In this document: positions 25,330 through 35,955 of the stretch, piece by piece
Layout: every line of letters starts with the position of its first letter
Numbering within the stretch: position 1 is the stretch's first letter
Notes under the pieces: model-generated
What the model was told of the DNA's origin: nothing
Databases searched by the model: none
What the model saw: the letters and a program-made list of their open reading frames with translations, nothing else
Program-made: the position numbers and the translations under genes
Origin: Camelus dromedarius
Lineage: Eukaryota
Reading direction: 5' to 3'
Length of the DNA: 64,000 nucleotides
Assembly: GCF_036321535.1 (NCBI RefSeq)
Contig: NC_087447.1
Location: 41,666,001-41,730,000, forward strand

Positions 25330-27430
25330 GTTAACATTAAGTGTAACAGTAGCATTTGGTTCTGTAAGAAACCATTCTTTTTTTCATTCCTTTTTTTTAA
25401 ATAGATTACTGAATTCTGAATGGTATGTGGGTGAAATGATATTATGTCTGGGGAAAAGAGAAGAGAAGAGAACAGGAAAGAAGGAAGGAAGGAGGGAAGA
25501 GAGGGAGGAAGGACAGGAAAGCCAGACACCCTGGCAAGAAACAAAACAAACAAAAAAGAAAAAGGGATAGATGCATTAAGTGTGACAAAATCTTGATAAT
25601 TATTGGGTCTTAATGATAGGTATATGGGAGTTCATTATATTATTATCCCTATTTTAGTGTGTAAGTATGAAAAGGTTTATAATAATTTTTTAAATTGTTA
25701 AACTGGTACAAGAAAAGACAGACTGATCAATGGAAGAGAATAAAAGGGCGAGAAACAAATTCAAACATTTAGTGTTTAAGAATTTATTGTATTACTGATT
25801 TGCAGGCAGATGAACTCTTTCTTCAAATAAAATCTGACATGGAATTCAAACATATAAAACAAAAAAAGAACAGAACTGCTCCACTTGAAAGCAGAGAAGA
25901 AGTCTAGCTCTTTTGCTTCCTCTTTGTCTCCCCAGAATCTTCAGAAGTTATTCAGGGAACCCTGTGACTCTGTAGGACCCAACTTGAAAACTTCCGTAGT
26001 ATATGATGAAGGAAACTTCTCAAATCCTGCAGAAAACATGTATTGCTTAGTACAGGTGTTGGACAATTGCTAACTATTCGGGAGGAAAAAAAAGTTAAAT
26101 CCCTACTCACATCATATATCAAAATAAATTCCAGTTGCATTAAAATGTTTAAAGTACAAAGTGAAATTATAGTAGTATTAGAAAAATAGATGAATATTCT
26201 AAAATATTGAGACAAAGAAGAACTTCCTAATCAACACAAAAAAGTCAGAAATTATAAAGGGAAAGATTGATATCTTTGATTACATAAATATCTAAAATGT
26301 CATAGGGCAAAAAATAAACCACACTCCACAAAAACGAAAAAAAACTTTAATATTCTTAACCATTAAGCAGAATTTCAAATCAGTAGAAAAAAGACAAACA
26401 CTCCAATTGAAGAAAAGGACCAACAACAAAAACAACAAAACAACAAATATAAGGACATATAAATTATCATAAAGATATGAGAAATATTTCATCTACTATA
26501 GGTCAAAGAAATATTGTAAGTTAAGTAATAATGAGAATAGTTGATATAGACTCCAATTTCTGGTGATAATGGCAGACTAGATAAGCTGAAAATTCAGCTA
26601 CTATAAAACATCTAGAAATGCTAAGTAAAATATACTTTACATCTTTTAAAATATATAACTGAACTCCCATGAAAATACAGAAAATCCATAGGAGACCAAA
26701 CCAAAGTAATTAAAAACTAGAATGGAAAGCTTGAACTGACAAGTAGTTGCCTGGGCTTTGGGGAGGATTTTCCTCTCCCTGGTAATAAAGAGACTTGGTT
26801 AGGGACAGAAGAAAAGGAATTGAGACTCTCAAGTAAATCCAGATCCTGAAAAGGCTGCACCCCACTTCTCCAGCACAAAAGCACATGTGCATGATTAATA
26901 AACCCAATCAAGAAGTTAAGATAAGTTCATTTATGTCTTTTTTTTTAAGATTTCACATATTAAAAAACAAAGAAATTAAGATTAAGAAATGGTCACAGTC
27001 TGGTAATAACTCTGGGGCAATAAGAAAAAGCAAACATGAACCTCTCTGGAGGGATTCACCTCAACCTAGAATCACCATAGAGCTCACAACCCAAAATTAC
27101 TGAACTAGGAGGAAACAAATCATGATGACTAAGAGTCAGCTGATAAAGATTATAGAATTATTAGAATGAAACTATAAACTAAATTTAGAATTATTATGTT
27201 TAGAATTATTAAGATATAAAATGCAGTCTCAAAAACACAGGAGAAGAATAAAACTTTCTAATAAGAGATATGATTTTTACCTATCAGATGACACTGTATT
27301 AGAAGTGTTTTAAGGAGTATAGGAAACTGATATTTACATATTGTGAAAAATAAAACTGATCATTCCAGAGGTCAGTTTGGCGATATGTATCAGATATTTA
27401 ACAACAAAAAAGCACATACTCATGGACTCA
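25330..27430 (+). mobile_element. Patchwork of old L1M fragments
   Basis: A-rich degenerate ORF2 and 3' UTR motifs (CATATATCAAAATAAATTCCAG; AAAGATTGATATCTTTGATTACATAAA); boundaries approximate. Confidence 0.55.
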
Positions 27431-27439
27431 ATAAATTTA

Positions 27440-28668
27440 CTTTTTAAAAATTGAAGTATAGTTGATTTACCATACTACATTAATTTCAGGTATACAACAT
27501 AGTGATTCAAAATTTTTATAGAGTATGCACCATACAAAGTGATTACAATAATGTCAACAATATTCCCTGTGCTGTACATTACATCCTTGTGACTTATTTT
27601 ATAACCAGTAGTCTGTACCTCTTAATCCCCTTCATCTATTTTGCCGTCCTCCCTTCCCCCTCCCTTCTGGCAACCACTAGTTTGTTTTCTGTATCTGTTT
27701 CTGTTTTGTTACATTTACTTGTTTGTTTTGTTTTTTAGATTCCACCTGTAAGTGAAGACATACAGTATTTGTCTTTCTCTGTCTTACTTATTTCATTTAG
27801 CATAATACCCTCTAGGTCCATCCATGCTGTTGCAAATGGCAAGATTTCATCCTTATTTATGGCTGAACAATATTCTATCGTATATATATCCCACATCTTC
27901 CTTACCTATTCATCTGTCCATGGACTTAGGTATCTTCCATATCTTGGCTATTGTAAATAATGCTGCAATGAACATAAGGGTACATATGTCTTTTTCAACT
28001 CGTGTTTTTGTTTTCTTTGAATAAATACCTAGGAGTGGAATTGCTGGATCATTTGGTAGTTCTCTTTTAATTTTTTGAGGAGCCTCCCTAGTGTTTTCCA
28101 TAGTGGGTGTACCAATTTACATTCCTACCAATGTGAAATTAGGGTTCCCGTTTCTCTGCATCCTCACCCATGCTTGTTATGGATTGTCTTTTTGATGATA
28201 GCAATTCTGACAAGTGTGAGGTGATATCACGTTGTAGTTTTGACTTCCATTTCCCTGACAATGAGTGGTGTTGAGCATCTTTTCAGTGTACTTGTTGGCC
28301 AATTGCATGTCTTCTTTGGAAAAATGCCTATTCAGATCCTCTGACCATTTATTAATCAGACTGTTTGTATATTAACCCCTTAATAAATGCATCATTTGCA
28401 CATATCTTGTCCCATTTTCATTTTCTTGATAGTTTCCCATGCTGTCCAAAAGCATTTTAGTTTGATGTGGTCCCATTTGTTTATTTTTGCTTTTGTTGCC
28501 TTTGCCTGATGAGACAGATTCAAAAAAATATTGCTAAGACCAACATAAAAGAGCATCCTGCCTATGTTTCCTTCTAGAAGTTTTATGGTTTCAGGTCTTA
28601 CATTTAGAAACACATTTAGAAAAAATATATTTTGAGTTTATTTTTGCATGTGGGGTGAAAAAATGGTT
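27440..28668 (-). mobile_element. LINE-1 ORF2 3' part and 3' UTR, nested in an older L1ME-like element
   Basis: ORF2 remnants LNVRPETIKLLEGNIG..KAKINKWDHIKLKCF and KRELPNDPAIPLLGIY..DICTLMFIAALFTIAKIWK in the ORF track. Confidence 0.9.
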
Positions 28669-28669
28669 T

Positions 28670-29730
28670 CAATAATTTTCCTTCTAAGAATTTATCTTTA
28701 AAACAATAAAATTACCCTAAGATGAATACACAAAGATGTTTAATCAGGCATTTTTCATGGCAAAAATGTAGGGAGGAGAATTTTAATATCCAATAGCAGA
28801 GGAATGGTATTTGATTATGATAATTTCATATGAGGAAATATCATGCAGGTAATAAAAATGATATGGTACAGATTTATTTACTGACATGGAAAGATGTCCC
28901 AAATGCACTGATGAGGGAAAAAAAAAAAGTCAGGTTGCAGACCAACCTGATCTCACTTTTTGAAAGTTGTGTGACCCATTAGGGAAAGTTCAAATGACAA
29001 ACAAATAAATGAAGATGTGCAAAAATTCAGTAGTAATAGGTAATGGAAGTTAAAACAATGGTGTCATAATACTTTATACCTTTTAGGATGGGAAACAAAT
29101 AGATCCACACAGAGTTTGGCAAGGACATGGGCAAGTGGGAACACTCAGGCACTGCTGGTGGGAATACAAACTGGCGTAGGCATTCTGGAAAGCAATCTCA
29201 GAATTTAGTGTCATCGGTCTGTAGAAGCATTTTGATGCCATTTCTAGATATATAACCTCAAGATATTCTCATTCAGAGATATAAGAGGACATGAAACAGG
29301 ATGTTCATCTGTACATTATACATGGCAAAGGGGTGCTGGAGGCAACCCAAGCATCCCTCATTCAGAGACAAAAAAAAAAAATGTGGTAGATGCATACTAC
29401 TCCATAATATGCAGCAGTAAGAGGAAATAATCTACTTGGATAATTATTTTTTTAAGTATCCAGGAAAATTTTTAACACCACATATTTGTATGTCAAAAAC
29501 ATGTCACAAAGCAACAGCACAGCCTTTAAAGGATTATACACATATCATAAGTACAGCTATCAAACATGTTAAAGACAGTTCCCACGAAAGAGGTGGGAAA
29601 GGGTATGGGAATTAAAGGAGAAAAAATAAAATAATTAAAATAAAACAAGAGAGAAGCCTTGCATAGACTGATAATGACAATTTGCCTTAAACTGAGGAGT
29701 ATGTTTAATTAAGCTCTGCACTTGTTCAAT
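28670..29730 (+). mobile_element. Old L1ME-like fragments
   Basis: CTTCTAAGAATTTATC; ACTGCTGGTGGGAATACAAACTGG..TTCTGGAAAGCAAT. Confidence 0.6.
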
Positions 29731-29738
29731 TTTTTAAA

Positions 29739-29740
<2 letters not shown>

Positions 29741-29765
<25 letters not shown>
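29741..29765. repeat. (TA)12 microsatellite
   Basis: Direct read. Confidence 0.95.
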
Positions 29766-29770
<5 letters not shown>

Positions 29771-30769
29771 ATGTATAAAAATATCTAAAAGGGTAAACAC
29801 TAAAATATTAATAGTGGTATGAAAGGTGAATCTTTTTCTTTTTTCTACACTGAATAAATATTGTATAATCAGTAAATAATAAGTAACAAGCATTTTTTAT
29901 GTCTCACAAACTCATCTTAATACTCAGAACTACTTCCTTGCTTTTGGATAAATGTACAATAACCTACTAAATTCAGCTGCCTGTGTGGTCACAGTCATTT
30001 TATTGTTTTTCCAGAACGTTCCAAAATAACTCTGGAACAAGACCAGTGGGACCACCAGATAGATATCTAGCCTCACCCTTCTTCCCATGCAAATGAAGAC
30101 CAAGCCTCCAATCCAGCTTTGGCAGAAAACTCTGTAGGACTCAGGGTAGCAAGGCCCTCGCCTTCTTGGCTGGGGAGAAGAGGGGGAGCACTCATAACTC
30201 TGTCAGTCAGCTCACTTAGCCTCTGAAAAGCTAGCTTGGGCTGCAGCTGCCAAAGACAAAGGCTCCACCTCAAGGGTGGAAACTCTATTTGCAGCTTTGT
30301 AGACACAGGTGTTCTTCCAGGCGACTCAAGTCCTGCAGTGTGAGGCTGGGTTTGGCCAGGAATAGCCCCGAAGGCCATTCCCTCAGGAGCCAGCTCTTGA
30401 GGCCTTCAGTGTATGTTCTAACTATATTTGGCAATGAAAACCAAAGAGGTCAGTGGCTTAGCCCGGGGAGGGGGAGGGGAGATTATTCCTGATTTATAAT
30501 CCCTGCTTCAAAACAGGTCCAAGAATTTAAAAACTCATTTCATTTATTTATTTTATACTCACTGAGCATGCCGCTGAAACAGTTCTGGTTTCCCGTCCTA
30601 CCAGCCTCATGTAAATCCTTCAGAACCACAGGTGTAAATCACCTACCCATGCCATCCTTGTATTAGAGGACATCTGGGGACATCTGGCTTGAGAATCCAA
30701 ATGTTAAAATTATCCCACCTTACTCTCTATGTCTTCACAGCATCAAAATAGCCTGTGGCACTTGAGTGC

Positions 30770-30960
30770 AAAGCCAGGCTCCAGCCCTTATTACTCACTG
30801 TGTGACCTTGACTAAGTTACTTTATGTCTCTGAGGTTCAGTTTCCTTATCCACAAACAGACATAATAACACCTACTCTACAAGGCTGCTGTAAGAATTAA
30901 ATGAGATAAGGTATAGAAAGTGGCTAGGAGAATGTCTGATAGAAAACAGGTGCTAAAAAA
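30770..30960 (+). mobile_element. MIR SINE
   Basis: CTGTGTGACCTTGACTAAGTTACTT..CAGTTTCCTTATC..ATTAAATGAGATAA. Confidence 0.75.
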
Positions 30961-32629
30961 AGAATCCGTTTCCATTCCTCCCCATCACTCCCTTCCAGCC
31001 TTAGCTGTTCAGCCAAGGTGTTGGCTTTTCAAGAAATTGCTTGGTACATTGTGTCTGATTATACATGGATGGTACCATTCCCACAGCCAGCAACAGTAGC
31101 TAAAGATAAAAGCTGCGCCTACTCCTCAGCCGCCGACAGGTCGAATCAGCTCACAAATGACTCATCACTGTTGATAAACGATGTGTTCTTGGCATTAAGA
31201 GGCCTTATCCTGACAGGCTTTGACACCTTATGAAAAAAATCCAGAAGGACGGTTGAATGGCTCACAGAGAAAGTCCCCAGAGTTTAATGGTGATCTTCAG
31301 TCAATTCTGAACTTGTACCAGACTGGTCTTAGGAGGGTCTCTTGTCTTTTTGGACATATCTTCAATCAGAGTTTTCAGTTGGGAAGGACTCCAGCTGAGC
31401 AGCTGCCTCTTTTATCTCAGAGCTGAACCATCTACCTCACTTGCCTTGGATTCCCTGAAGGGAGTCATAAGACTCCCTGGGTAGAAGGCTAGACGCCCAT
31501 TCCCTGCTCAGAACAGCCCTAAGCTAGTGCCCAAACTGCCTTTGGCAGCTTTGTCTGCTGGCTGAAATGCTTCCAGGGTGAGGTTTGGCTGAAGGGCTCT
31601 GTGGCTATGGGACAAACCTTGGCTCAAGGGAAAGGGTGAGTATTTAATCCCGAGCCACTGTCTGCAAGGCTGAAGTGTTCGCGGTTTTTTGTAGCCCCTT
31701 CAGACCACCCAAAACCACTCACTGGCACAGAAATCCCATAACTGGAATTTTCACTTTTTCATTCATACATTCCCTGTACCTTGTGCACCTGGCACAGAGT
31801 CCCTCTAAGGGAATATTTACTAAAAGGCCCTTGAGGACAGGATGGTCTGTTGCTGCATTTGTAACCCCTTGAATTCTGATGAACCTCACAAAACTATTAT
31901 GATCAAATAGGACAATGAATTGTATGAAGATTGACACTGTCGTCAGGCCACATGCCCAAAATTGAAGCCTTGGGAAGTCTTGAGGAAATTCCATGCAATA
32001 GGATCTACTTTCTTTGAAACTGAAACTGCTTTAGAAGCAGGTTGCCTCTGGACCGCAGACCTAGGACCTATCTCCTTCAGTTTCACGCAGGCTTTTTCTC
32101 AAAGGAACTATCCTAGCCCTTTAGAAGGGGCCTTGTAGTGTGCAGTTGATGCAAAAGGCCCAGGAGGAGGTAGGCTGCACTGAAAACCTTTCCATTATCC
32201 AAACTCACCCTCAGATTTTTGTCACCAGGAAGATTTCTGGGATCATCTGTAAGCACCAACATTTCAGTCATGCTTTGAAGTCAAAAGGCCAAGGAAACTT
32301 TCTAGAAAGGACAAGCAGTTGGACTCCATCCTGGGTCTTCAGGATTTCGGTTGAGACAAATGGGGCAGGGAAATCACTTCCAGGGTCCCTTCCCGTATCC
32401 TCCCCTTCTGTCCTGACTGTTCCCAGATCCCCTGCTCTTCTAGTCATTCAGTGGGGCTTAGTGCCCCGCTTCTGTCACCAGGACTGGGGTCAACCGTCTA
32501 AGATGATAAGGCATAAATTTATGCAAGGAGAAGGAAGAAAGAAGGGAGAGAAAGGAAGACTGGAGAGAAGTGGAGAAAAAAATGAAAAAGGCTTGGGAAG
32601 GAGGAAGGAAGTGGAGAGCGGCAAGGGGA

Positions 32630-33420
32630 GGCGGAACAATGAAGGTCTCATGAAGGTCTCAGGCCGTCGCAGGCGCACGGTTCCGGCGGCACGTCCGTCC
32701 CGGCTGCCTCCGGCCAGCAGCTGCACGCTGCTCAGCGTGTGGGCGCTGAGTCACGATCCCAGAACAGGGAGCCGCCGTGCAGGTCTAGGGGGGGCCGGCC
32801 CTGGTTGGCATCTGCAAACTGTTTTTTTTCTTTCCTCTTTCATTAAGGCTGTGTGCTGACTCCCACGTAGGAGGACTTATTAAACCGCACGTACTGCCTG
32901 ACGGCCCGCAGGCGGGTCCGAGGCGGCCAGCTGGGGGCGCCGCAGCATCGTTTATGAGCCCGCAGGCCCGCTGGGGCACGGGGCTGGAAAGGACCGGGGT
33001 TGCTGGCCCGGCGGCTGGTTTCCCGGAGGAGTCCCCACATTTTGGTGGAGTCGCTTCTAACTTAAGCACTGCTGCAGCCAGGGGAACCTCCTCACCTTGA
33101 AGGCATCCGAGACCACCCTAACTCTCCGAGGTGCGCTTTTGCGCAGAATTCCGTGAGCAACTCCATTAAATCTGAGACTCTGTTGCGCAATCTGTAGAGT
33201 CCAGGCTCGCTTCCCCACTTGGGCTCATCCTACCCCATGCGGCCCGGCCGCCACGCGAGGCTGTGACCTCGAGTATCTCCGCGAAGCCCGGACCCTCACG
33301 CAGGACACAAGCTCCACACGCCTCACCTGGAGAGAGTTGCTCTGACCGCTCAGCCAGAGCCGAGACTCGCCAGCACCCGCCAGCGCAGCTGTCCTATCTT
33401 CCCACGCCAGGCGACTGGAC
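32630..33420. promoter_or_regulatory. CpG-rich element 3' of ADM (candidate enhancer/insulator)
   Basis: CpG-rich with clustered RCGTG motifs, TGAGTCA 32747-32753 and a CTCF-like motif 32925-32941. Confidence 0.65.
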
Positions 33421-33484
33421 CCCAAGGCTCCCGGGAGGACCAGGACCAGGGGCACCCTCCCTTCCAAGACTCATGACCAGAGAA

Positions 33485-34240
33485 TGAATCAGCACTGGGA
33501 CAGTTTATTGGTTTGCTGCTTTGCATATCGCCCATTTTATGTAAATAGATTATACAGACATGGTGTTTCCTTCTTCCACAAGAGGCAGTCTCTCAGGCAC
33601 ACACTCTCACACATTCCACGCAGTAAACAACGTTACACCTCGCTGAGACATTCACGTATTAAAATAAAGGGGAGGGGGACAATACAATTGCTTTAAAATG
33701 CCCTTAATATAATATATAACGTACAAAAATATCTCCATATTTGAAGTTACAAAAACAAATCTTGACAGCAACAAACTTAAATATTGATAGTTACCTCTGT
33801 ATATACAACACGCATTGCACTTTTCCTCTCTAGGTTTTGGAAAGTTCAAGTAATAGTGAGGCTTGCGCCCCGGTGGGGTGACACCCCGTCAGAAATCAGT
33901 TGGGCACGGCAGTGGCTCAGACCCTTGCCCCTGGGGGTCTCAGCATTTACTTCGCAGTTTCTCCTCTCCATGAGCCTGGCAGACGACACTCCCTTGGATT
34001 CCTCTGCACCCTCCTCCCCTCCCGGGGCACCCAGGCCGCACTAGGGTGAAAAGAATATTGCCTCGGAGGAGGAGGGTCTCCTGCAAAGCCGGGACTCGCC
34101 GCTGGACGGTGCCTCCGGGACTCTCGGACAATCAGGGCTGTCTCAGCTCGGTTCCCATTCGCTGAAGGGCTCGGCTCGGGGAAGCCCTCTGCCCCGGGAG
34201 GCGCAGGCGGGATGCATGCGCGACTGTTCGCTGCTGCCAC
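33485..34240 (-). other. ADM: ADM 3' UTR
   Basis: Runs from the TAG stop to just past the polyadenylation signal; distal half is AU-rich. Confidence 0.85.
33504..33509 (-). terminator. ADM: ADM polyadenylation signal AATAAA
   Basis: Plus-strand tttatt; minus-strand context GCAAACC-AATAAA-CTGTC resembles the recalled mammalian ADM 3' end. Confidence 0.85.
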
Positions 34241-34553
34241 CTAAATCTTAAGGAGGGAGGCGAGCACTTGCGCCCGGGAGGCCGAGGCCCCTCGTGCCTG
34301 TGGCTCCGGGGACAACAGAGTGCCGCCCAGGTTGGCCTCGGGCAGGGATCGTCGGCGCCGGCGGCCATAGCCCTGGGGGCTGATCTTGCTCCTGGGAGCG
34401 ACGCCGTCCTTGTCCTTGTCCGTGAACTGGTAGATCTGGTGCGCCAACTTCTGCACCGTGCACGTTCCGAAGCGACATCCAAAGCCCCGCAGGCCCTGGA
34501 AGTTGTTCATACTCGGGCGGTAGCGCTTGACTCGGATGCGGGCGGCGTCCGGA
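34241..34553 (-). CDS. ADM: Adrenomedullin precursor, coding part of exon 4: mature adrenomedullin and C-terminal peptide (adrenotensin)
   Basis: cccgcag|T CCG GAC... gives [103 protein letters not shown]. Spliced CDS is 98+150+313=561 nt, i.e. 186 aa plus TAG. Confidence 0.98.
34367..34522 (-). other. ADM: Mature adrenomedullin peptide (52 aa, Cys16-Cys21 ring, C-terminal Tyr-amide)
   Basis: Bounded by KR upstream and G-RR downstream; CRFGTC ring typical of the calcitonin/CGRP family. Confidence 0.95.
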
Positions 34554-34764
34554 CTGCGGGAGAAGGGAAGGCAGGCAACGTGAGACTCCCATCAAGCAGG
34601 TCTTTGGCCCCAGCCATCAGGAACGGAGCCGTTCTAGGACCAGAGGGAGCTTGAAATTGCTACCTCTATCTGAACTGCCATACATCCTCCTGATGATCCC
34701 CAGGGCCAAGGCAGTGGAGAAGAGCTTCCCCTGCCCATTCCGCAATGGCGCGAGGCATAGTTAC

Positions 34765-34914
34765 CTGGCCTGGGGACTTCGAGAGGCGCCTTTCACATCC
34801 TGGGGCCGAACGAGAGTCTGGGCAGGCCCGGCCTTCACGTCTGCGATCCCGGTAGGGTAGCTGCTGGACACCCGAAGTTCCCTTTTTCCACGACTTAGAG
34901 CCCACTTATTCCAT
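34765..34914 (-). CDS. ADM: Adrenomedullin precursor exon 3: end of PAMP, GKR amidation/cleavage site, mid-regional peptide
   Basis: ttctag|A TGG AAT AAG TGG... gives (K)[49 protein letters not shown](S). Donor AG|gtaac; 150 nt; phase preserved. Confidence 0.98.
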
Positions 34915-35066
34915 CTAGAAAACACAAGTTGACAAGATTCGCATTCATCCAGGAGAGGTCCTGGCCCGTCCCTGCTCCTGTTCACTTCTAAACCCTCAGG
35001 GATCAATGGCCAGTTCCCCCTGTCTTGCAGGTACCAGGACTGGGGAAGGTGCTGCATGCAACTCAC

Positions 35067-35164
35067 TTCTTTCGGAACTCTGCGGCCACGTCCAGCCGTG
35101 CGGTGTCGGCGCCTAGAATGGCGAGCGAGCCCAGGTACATGAGGGCGACGGGAACCAGCTTCAT
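35067..35164 (-). CDS. ADM: Adrenomedullin precursor, coding part of exon 2 (exon 35185-35067): signal peptide and start of PAMP
   Basis: Reverse complement reads ATG(35164) [32 protein letters not shown](K). Acceptor cccag| precedes 35185; donor AA|gtgagt follows 35067; 98 coding nt. Confidence 0.98.
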
Positions 35165-35629
35165 CCCGGAGGTGATGCGCAGACCCTGGGGAAGGAGAGA
35201 GAGGAGCCGAGTGTGAGTGCTCCTGCCCGCCGCACCGCCGGGCGGGACACGGAGGTGGGCGAGGGCCCCGGCGCGGGCAGGCTCAGCCCGCGCTCTTCCT
35301 GACTCAGACGCTTATCTCCCAGGGGCACAGAGAGGCGCCAGCGGCATTTGCACCCGCCCGGCGGGTGACAAGCCCCGCACGGGAGGCTGCTGCCCCGTGT
35401 CAGGCTCCCAGAGGTTCCCCGCTCAACTTCTCGAAATTTGGCTGACGGAGTGGAGGGGACTGAGTCTCTGGAATTCCAGTTGTGTGCACGAGCTGGGCCA
35501 TGATGTGGGACGCACCCCTCAGAGGACCCTACAAAGTGGATTATATCCCTCACCTACCACTCCCAGTCTCCGGCCTGGGCAGTTCCACCCCCTCTTCTCA
35601 CTTTAAATCGCCGCGTTCGGGGTGCTTAC

Positions 35630-35780
35630 CTGCTGAGGGGGTGAACTGCCAAGAACTGGGAGAATTAAATCTGAAACGTCGCTCTGGCAGTGGCCAAACC
35701 CCGACTCCAAGCTGTGGTGAGAAACCAGAGGTGGCGAGTCTCGAGCTGTTCCGCCTAGTGTCACCAAGAAACCACTGAGT
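35630..35780 (-). other. ADM: ADM non-coding exon 1 (TSS approximate)
   Basis: Starts ACTCAGTGGTTTCTTGGTGAC about 22 nt after the TATA box, as I recall for the human ADM 5' end; ends at consensus donor CAG|gtaagc after 35630. Confidence 0.85.
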
Positions 35781-35799
35781 GGTCGGCTCGCGTTCCTCG

Positions 35800-35955
35800 G
35801 CTTTATAAGAAGAGCGCAGGGGGGCGGGGCCTGGGCTGCCCTCGCGCCCTCCCTTTCTTTCCTTGGGCGCGCGCTTCTGCACTCGGGCGCGCGCAGCGCT
35901 CGCCTGTGGGGGTGGGGTGGGGGTGGGGAGGTGCGGGGGTCAGGGTAGGGGTCCC
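35800..35955 (-). promoter_or_regulatory. ADM: ADM core promoter: TATA box, GC box, G-tracts
   Basis: TATAAA on the minus strand at 35807-35802; GGGGCGGGG at about 35821-35829; G-runs 35908-35951. Confidence 0.85.

Noticed and set aside
32140..32859. 239-aa plus-strand ORF 3' of ADM
   Set aside because: GTG start; stays open through a low-complexity purine tract and CpG-rich DNA; no recognisable domain.
34268..34654. 128-aa ORF antisense to ADM exon 4, and the overlapping alternative-frame ORFs
   Set aside because: Shadow ORFs of GC-rich coding sequence.
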